Assembly (NCBI GenBank): GCA_964016885.1
Contig: OZ024740.1
Location: 270,630,001 to 270,694,000 of the forward strand
Length of the DNA stretch: 64,000 nucleotides
From: Eledone cirrhosa
Taxonomy: Eukaryota
Direction: 5' to 3'
A program made the position numbers and the translations under genes. Of the stretch, positions 56,627 to 64,000 are shown in pieces. The notes below the pieces were generated by a model that was not told the origin of the DNA, made no database searches, and was given only the letters and a program-made list of their open reading frames with translations. Each line of letters starts with the position of its first letter. The first letter of the stretch is position 1.

Positions 56627-56664
<38 letters not shown>

Positions 56665-56716
56665 AGTAAGTATGTTTTGAAACAGTGAGCAGGTTTGACA
56701 TTAGAAAATATATAGC

Positions 56717-56828
56717 TTTCACCGTATTTTTGACTAAAGGAATTTTAGCCTGATAATGGGGTTTAGAACCCTCCGAGGGTTCTAAATCCCATTATCAGGC
56801 TAAAATTCCTTTAGTCAAAAATACAGTG

Positions 56829-56831
<3 letters not shown>
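56717..56831. repeat. Near-perfect 115-bp palindrome containing the 5' half of an HHR-like core
   Basis: 57-bp arms, 1-nt centre; CTGATAA tgggg tttaga accct cc GA then fold-back. Confidence 0.9.
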
Positions 56832-56864
<33 letters not shown>

Positions 56865-59058
56865 GATGATGATGGTGATGATATATGTATATATAAATAT
56901 ACAAATATATATATATATATATACAGACATATGTGTGTGTATGTTATAATTTGTTTTAATGTTGCCTACATATATATATATAAATATACAAATATATATA
57001 TATATACATACATATGTATGTATATGTTATAATTTTTTTTAATGTTGCCTGTACAGTTTCAATAAGAAATGTTTCCTCTGCATTTCTGACACTATTCAAA
57101 AATGATATCATTGTGTCAGAGTTTGAAACCTTACATGAAACATGACATTTTTTTTTAAAGGAAGCTTCTCTTAATGTTTGCTTGTTGCACATCATGCTGC
57201 AATTTCAACTGTAAATATATGGCAAAGAGTTATTCACATAACTACTGTTTCAGCATAATAGAAAAATATCAAATATAGAGATTATAGCTATGTAATGATT
57301 ATTTAAATATGAGAACAGAAATCTCACTCGTCGAGTATGACCGAATATTATGGAAAATTTTATACAACTAAACATTGTATAAAATATTTGAAAATTTGCT
57401 AACTGTCATTGTGAAACATATCACATAAATAAACTCTTACTACAGGAATCGCAAACACAAGGTTCTAAAAACCTTCGCTAAGTACAAACCAATACCACCC
57501 TACAGAAAACTGACATTTGCACACCAGGTCCGAACACGGAAGAGTCGAACACCCACTGTCATCACCTCCATCTCTCTCGCTCTCTCTATCTCTCTGTATT
57601 ATGAGTAAATGGGGTCCCACGTGCTGGCCGCCTCACAGGCCTGGTGGATAGAATGGAGAAGGCATTTCCCCGGAGGATGGTAAGAGAGATGCACTGGAAG
57701 AGTCATTCCATCTCACGAGGCTCACACCAGCGTCTAGCCAGCTCAACACCTATGGTGGTAAATAGGGAGGTAGCCCTATGGCCAAGGACACCAGAAGCCT
57801 CCACTGCTAGGGGCAAGTATTTGAAAATATTCTAACTTTGATAATCATAAAATAGTTTAAATTTGAAAACAGGAATCTCACTAATTTGGTAAGACCAAAT
57901 ATTTTACAAATTTGTATACAAGTAAACATTGTATAACATATTTGAAAATATTCTAACTTTGATAATGATAAAACACTTTAAAATAGATCAGATTTCCACA
58001 AATCTAATTTCTATGTTGTTATTAATCCAGGTTTAGGAAACACTGCAGAGTTGTCTTTTGTTGTTCGGAGAAACACAATATCCAGTTTTTGGCACAAAAA
58101 ATTGTTTGACGATTTAGATTATACTGCCTCATATAATACATGTAAACAATGTCCCATTAGACAAATTAATATATGCTTTGTGAGGTTCATGTGTGTCTAG
58201 TTATCGTAGGTGCATATGTGTGTGTGTCTAGTTACCATATGTGCATGTGTGTGTGTGTCTAGTTACCATATGTGCATGTGTGTGATGGTGCATGGCTTAG
58301 TCATTAGCATGCTCATCTCATGAATATGATAAGGTCATGAGTTTGATTTCCCATTTCATGAATATGATAAGGTCATGAGTTGGATTTCCCAGTGCTCCAG
58401 TCCACTGATGTGGGAAAAAATTAGTTGTACCTGTGATTCAAAAAGCCAGCCCTGTCACACAATGTTTTATTTTGTATCTCCCTGAGAATTATGTTAACAG
58501 TGGTATCTGTGTCACTGAAATGCTCAGCTCCTTGCATGTTAATTCCATAGATAGGGCCTTCATCAAAATAAGTGGAACACACATTCTCAGTACTGACACA
58601 GACACAAAACACATGCACACTCTATTTTTATGGTAATGATTTTTTTAAGTGTCCTGTTATGTTTAGTTTGGAACAATAGCATTATGATGTATCTTAATAT
58701 TTCAAGATTGAAATAACTTTATAAATCAAACATACATTTCTTGGTGTCTTTATTAGTATCTAACATGGCTCCCAGACTCTGGGCTTTATATAGTAAAACA
58801 AGGAGTCTTAATAAGAAGAAATAAGTAGATGCAAAGATCTTAGTCCTATCTTCTGAATGAAGTTGTGATAGTGGTGTATTTTTTTATCATTTACAACATA
58901 ATTCTTATTTACTTGCTACATAATGGGAAGATGAGACCAAAGATGTTTAAAAACGTTAATGGATTTAGGAAAGTGTTTATTCTGTATTTAAAGGACTATC
59001 AAAAAAATATGGAAAGTTACTAACAAAATCATTAAACTTAATCATGTTCCATATATAT

Positions 59059-59250
59059 AATATAGAAAGGCTTCTACAGGACTAGAGCTGTTTCATTCAG
59101 GAGAAATCATCAGGGAGCCTGATGATTTCTACCGAATGAAACAGTTCTAGTCCTGTAGAAGCTTTTCTATATTGAATAATTATACTCTGCTATGTATTGA
59201 GTACCCTACTTACTGTGGTTACCCCCGATTGAACCTGGGATAAACTTACC
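59059..59250. repeat. Palindrome (59059-59173) with head-to-head HHR cores plus PLE-type 3' tail
   Basis: gtttc..tcatcagg gag cCTGATGA tttctaccgaat GAAAc..GTC; tail ACTCTGC..TATTGAGTAC. Confidence 0.8.
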
Positions 59251-59762
59251 TTATATATATATATATATATATAGAGTGCCCTCACCGACCAACAAGCGAC
59301 CATGCAGACTACCAACACTGCCAGTAACAAAGACTGAATATAGGTAGTATAATGGATTGATAGCTAGCACCATCCCACTCCCACAATAAAGAGGAACTGC
59401 CTCGACCTTTGCTCTACAGAATATCTCAGTTACACACAAACGGCGGACAACAGAGGCTACGTACCATTCCTCTCCGACAGATAACTTTCCCCCTCGGAAA
59501 ACCCCCAGTTGATGGATGTGAAATCCGAAATATAGGGACAATTAAATCTCTCCCAAGGTAACTCTATCTCGTGTTGTTATTTTTATTTTTTACGGTCTTT
59601 CCTACGTTCCTCTACACACTATACATCTCATTCTACATTCCCTTACATCTCTCTCTTCACCACCGGATTCTGTTACCTGGAGATTTACCCACCTGCATTG
59701 TTGAGGCTTCCAAAACGACCAAATATTTTATTATTCCACAATGCTTCAAGCAAACTTCAATA

Positions 59763-59801
<39 letters not shown>

Positions 59802-59880
59802 ACACACAACCACGTGTTGCTACACACACACAACCACGTGTTGCTACACACACACAACCACGTGTTGCTACACACACACA
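59802..59880. repeat. Minisatellite, 24-bp unit x3 (acacacacaaccacgtgttgctac)
   Basis: Direct reading of the sequence. Confidence 0.9.
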
Positions 59881-60004
59881 AGAGGAAAGAGAAAATTTAA
59901 AATTTATGAGACCAATAGAGATATGTACATTTATATATTTATATCTAGATATTGCTATTATCATTTACAGTCCCTCTGTGTTTAATGTATGTTCATTAGT
60001 ATAT

Positions 60005-60467
60005 GTGTTGTTATTTCTGCTTGCATTTTGCATATATACATATATATATATATATATATGCTTGCGTGGACCCCTCTCAAAAATTCGTTGGATTTTCTAA
60101 TTGGATACCCCAACACTGGATACCAACACTGAATACACCTGAACTTCTACCAGGAAATCTTTCGTTGTCATTTCTGCTTGCATTTTACATATATAGATAT
60201 ATATATCAATGGTTGCGTGGACCCCTCTTAAAGATTCGTTGGATTTTCTAATTGGATACCCCAACACTGGATACCAACACTGAATACACCTGAACTTCTA
60301 CCAGGAAATCTTTCGTTGTCATTTCTGCTTGCATTTTACATATATAGATATAGATATCAATGGTTGCGTGGACCCCTCTTAAAGATTCGTTGGATTTTCT
60401 AATTGGATACCCCGAAACTGGATACCAATCACTGAATACACCTGAACTTCTACCAGGAAATCTTTCA
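60005..60467. repeat. Tandem repeat, 151-bp unit x3
   Basis: ttgcgtggacccctct recurs at 60062, 60213 and 60364. Confidence 0.92.
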
Positions 60468-61389
60468 TATCAGTAAAAAATCTTCTTTTCTTTGCTTCAT
60501 ATATATATATTATATATACTTGGCCGCCATTGCAAAAGGCCATAAATTCAAAAAAAAATTTTGAAGAGAGAGGAAAAGAGAGAAGTGATCTATGAACTTG
60601 TAACATCTCACTGACCCTCCCCCGTCACCACAATAACAATAACGCCTACACTCGCTCCCCACCATCACCACATTACTCTAAGGTCGCTGTCCTGTCCCCT
60701 GTTGACATACTGCTGACTCTCTTTTGATGTATGTATGTGTATATACATATGTGTATGTGTGTGTATATGTATATCTCAGTGGATGCGACCAGATTTCAAC
60801 ACAGCAACAACTACAACAACAACAGCAGCAACACCAACAACAACAACAGCAACAACACCATCGTCTGTGTTGAATGTGTGTGTATGTGTTTGTATATATG
60901 CGACAGCAATAACAGCATCAACACCATTGTCTGCAGCAACAGCAGCAGTGAAATGAAGGACAACAACAACAGTAACAACTACAATAACAACTACAGCACC
61001 AACAACTGCCACCACCATCACTGACCATCCACCACCACCACGCTGATACCATCCACCACCACCACACTGACACCATCCACCACCGCCATTACCAGCGTAA
61101 ACAAACAATTATTATTGTTATTGTTATTATATACAAGCCGAACTGGACTGGGAAAGGTCAACAGTTGACATGATAGTGATTTTGACGATTTTGACTTTGA
61201 TTTTGATTTTGTATCAGTACTGTCGGTAATATATGTATATATATATATGTTTGTGAGTGGTGTGCGTGATTGTATGCATGAATGAGTGTTGGTATGTGTG
61301 GTTGTGGTTTGTATGCATGAGTATTAGTGTGTGAGTCGTGTCAATAAGTTTTTTTTTTTTTTTTTTTTTTTTTTAATAATGACGATGCT

Positions 61390-64000
61390 GTAAAATGGAG
61401 GGGTAGAGAGGGCCCTTGAGTCTAGTAAGACATCTTCTCTAGTGCTGGTGGCACAAATAAAAGCACCCAGTCCATGCTGTAAAGTGGCGCTGGTGTTAGG
61501 AAGGGCATCCAACCAGTGTATCAATGCCAAAAAGCTTATCAGCACAGCAACAAAACAGCATAGAAAAATATGAAGACGTCGCATCTCAGAGTTGCAACAC
61601 TTAATGTTGGCACTCTCAGAGGTAGATCTGCTGAAATAGCGGAGATGCTGGAGAGAAGGCAGGTGGATGTGTGCTGCGTGCAAGAGGTGAGATGGAGAGG
61701 TGCCTCTGCGAGACTAGTCGTAGGCAAGCGTCTTAGCTATAAGCTATTCTGGGTAGGTAAGGATGATGGGTTAGGGGGAGTAGGCATTTTCCTGGCTGAG
61801 AAATGGATCAATAAGACAATAGAGGTAGTTCGAGTTAGTAATCGAATAATTAAGCTTAGATTAGTTGTAGGTAGGAGACTACTGACAATCATCTCGGTCT
61901 ATGCTCCCCAAGCAGGCCTAGGCAAAGATGAGAAAGACTGCTTTTATGAGCAACTTTTGCAAACAACCACAATGACAGAGGACGGAGACATCGTTATGCT
62001 AGCAGGAGACTTCAATGGTCATGTTGGACAGCTCCAGGATGGTTACACTGGGGTACATGGTGGGCACGGTTACGGTTCAAGAAATGAAGAAGGAGTGAGA
62101 CTTCTTGAATTTTGTGATGCAAGTACATTGACTATTTGCAACACAAACTTCCAGAAACCTGCCAATCACCTAATAACCTACAAATCTGGTGGGCACATAA
62201 GCCAGATTGACTTCCTGCTAGTTAGGCAGCGGGACAGGCAGATAGTGTCTAATACCAAGGCATACCCTGGGGAAGAATGTACCCCACAGCATAGGTTAGT
62301 TGTTAGTGATATATCAGTAAGCAAGAGATGGAATGAGACATATAGGAAGGTGTGGAGAAGAAAGGTCTGGAAGCTAAAAGACCTTTCACTAAAATTCAAA
62401 TTTAGGAAAGCCCTTCAAGATGTATATGACGAAAAAGAAGACGATTTAGAGACGTATGACATAGATAATAACTGGAAGTTCTTACGTGACAACTTGCTGA
62501 AGGCTACTGATGAAACCTGTGGCTGGAGCAGAGCTCCAACCAGACAGAGAGTGACCTGGTGGTGGAACAGCAGTGTAGATAAGGCTATTAGAGACAAAAG
62601 ACTAGCATGGAAGGCTTGGAAAAAGGGTGGGAGTAGGGAAGAATATACAGTCACTAAGAGAGAAGCTAGACGTCAGGTGTACTTAGCACGCAGGGAGGCA
62701 GAGAGTAGGAGATTTGCCAATGTTCTGCGACGGGAAGATCAGAGGCGTGCGGTGTTCCACATTGCAAGGCAGTGTGTCAATGCAAATCAGGATGTTGTTG
62801 GTGATAAATGTGTCCGGGATGATGCCGGTGTACTTAGTGTCACGAATGACCAGAAAAAGGAGGCCTGGAAATGTCATTATGAGAGACTGATGAATGTGGA
62901 GAACGAATGGGAGAGAGAGAAATTACCCTTGGTAGATCCGACAGAGGGACCAGCTATTGAGATTGACGAATATAGGGTCCAAGAGGCGATTAGGGAAATG
63001 AAAAATGGTAAGGCGGCCGGACCATCGGGAATAGTTGCTGAGATGCTGAAGGCATCAGGGGACGTAGGCACTAAACTGGTTGCACGCATAATCAATCAGG
63101 CTATATATGGTGGTGTCATACCCAAAGACTGGTGCACCAGTATTCTCATAAATTGCTACAAAGGTAAAGGGGATGTTTTGGAGAGGAGCAATTATAGGGG
63201 TATAAAACTGATAGATCAGGTTATGAAAGTGGCAGAAAGGATTTTAGCACAACTAATTAGAGAAAGGGTCAAACTAGATGACATGCAGTTTGGTTTTGTG
63301 CCTGGGAAGAGTACAACAGATGCCCTCTTCTTGGTGAGACAAATGCAAGAGAGGTTCTTAGAGAAGAATAAGCCACTATACTTAGCCTTTGTTGACCTAG
63401 AGAAGGCCTTTGATAGGGTACCCCGATCTGTCATCTGGTGGTCCCTAAGGAAGCTGGGTGTTGAGGAATGGCTTGTAAGGACAGTGCAAACTTTGTACAG
63501 AGGTACTCTCAGTAAAGTCAGGGTAGGAATGGAGTTTAGTGAGGAATTCCAGATACAAGTAGGAGTACATCAGGGTTCGGTCCTCAGCCCGCTCTTGTTC
63601 ATTATAGTCCTCCAAGCCATAACAGAGGAGTTTAAGACTGGCTGTCCATGGGAACTTCTCTATGCTGACGATCTGGCTCTTATGGCAGAATCAGTAGAGG
63701 AGCTAGAGAATAAATTCCGGCTATGGAAACAGCAGTTGGAAGCAAGAGGACTGAGAGTAAATCTAGCTAAGACAAAAGTGTTGATGAGTAGAAAAGAGGA
63801 CAAAACCCTGATTCCGTCAGGGAAATGGCCATGTTCGATATGCAGAAAAGGAACTGGCATAAATTCTATAAAATGCACACAATTTAGGTCCTGGGTACAC
63901 AAGAGATGTAGCGGGATAGCAGGCAAACTAACAGGTAGGGAGAAATATGTATGCAGTAGATGTACAGGGAAATTAGACAGTAGAAGTCGCACTGATAGAC
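61390..64000 (+). mobile_element. RTE-clade LINE with 5' UTR and apparently intact ORF, cut off by the window edge
   Basis: 5' UTR then APE-RT ORF; poly-T tract upstream at about 61348-61374. Confidence 0.93.
61570..64000 (+). CDS. RTE endonuclease-reverse transcriptase ORF (at least 810 codons, no stop in window)
   Basis: ATG MKTSHLRVATLNVGTL..CVQEVRW..YAPQ..GDFNGHVG..SQIDF..DLEKAFD..QGSVLSP..YADD (63661, same frame as the ATG); the ORF track lists no terminated + strand ORF here, consistent with an open frame to the edge. Confidence 0.88.
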   Translation, partial: MKTSHLRVATLNVGTLRGRSAEIAEMLERRQVDVCCVQEVRWRGASARLVVGKRLSYKLFWVGKDDGLGGVGIFLAEKWINKTIEVVRVSNRIIKLRLVVGRRLLTIISVYAPQAGLGKDEKDCFYEQLLQTTTMTEDGDIVMLAGDFNGHVGQLQDGYTGVHGGHGYGSRNEEGVRLLEFCDASTLTICNTNFQKPANHLITYKSGGHISQIDFLLVRQRDRQIVSNTKAYPGEECTPQHRLVVSDISVSKRWNETYRKVWRRKVWKLKDLSLKFKFRKALQDVYDEKEDDLETYDIDNNWKFLRDNLLKATDETCGWSRAPTRQRVTWWWNSSVDKAIRDKRLAWKAWKKGGSREEYTVTKREARRQVYLARREAESRRFANVLRREDQRRAVFHIARQCVNANQDVVGDKCVRDDAGVLSVTNDQKKEAWKCHYERLMNVENEWEREKLPLVDPTEGPAIEIDEYRVQEAIREMKNGKAAGPSGIVAEMLKASGDVGTKLVARIINQAIYGGVIPKDWCTSILINCYKGKGDVLERSNYRGIKLIDQVMKVAERILAQLIRERVKLDDMQFGFVPGKSTTDALFLVRQMQERFLEKNKPLYLAFVDLEKAFDRVPRSVIWWSLRKLGVEEWLVRTVQTLYRGTLSKVRVGMEFSEEFQIQVGVHQGSVLSPLLFIIVLQAITEEFKTGCPWELLYADDLALMAESVEELENKFRLWKQQLEARGLRVNLAKTKVLMSRKEDKTLIPSGKWPCSICRKGTGINSIKCTQFRSWVHKRCSGIAGKLTGREKYVCSRCTGKLDSRSRTDR

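Noticed and set aside
59280-59760. Second GIY-YIG relic with a decayed HHR (CLDLCSTE; CTGGAGA..AAAAC)
   Set aside because: Too degenerate to support without alignment.

Overview
AT-rich, intron- and repeat-dominated eukaryotic (animal) genomic DNA. The (TA)n/(CAT)n microsatellites, tRNA-type SINEs and RTE LINE families suggest an octopod cephalopod (inference, no database check). A + strand host gene resembling TSNAXIP1 (translin-associated factor X-interacting protein 1) can be assembled from 9 phase-consistent GT-AG exons between 3456 and 50675, plus a candidate 9-nt microexon; its 5' end lies outside the window. The introns contain RTE LINEs (one with an uninterrupted ORF running off the right edge), a near-complete DD37D (maT) Tc1/mariner transposon, three non-autonomous Helitrons, MITEs, SINEs, CRE-, R4- and RTEX-like relics and a Penelope-like (PLE) GIY-YIG relic. 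The most interesting signal is a set of hammerhead ribozyme (HHR) cores in small, (TA)n-associated, PLE-type repeats. Four copies (21429-21494 -, 21878-21943 +, 26263-26328 +, 47611-47676 +) carry the conserved HHR elements in a NON-circularly permuted, pseudoknotted order (stemIII-UH-stemI / GAAA-stemIII' / stemI'-CUGANGA), with compensatory base changes between copies. Canonical minimal type I HHRs, a CAGAAGA core variant and several fold-back hairpins that turn at or near HHR cores are also present. All structures were deduced by eye; none has been folded computationally or tested.
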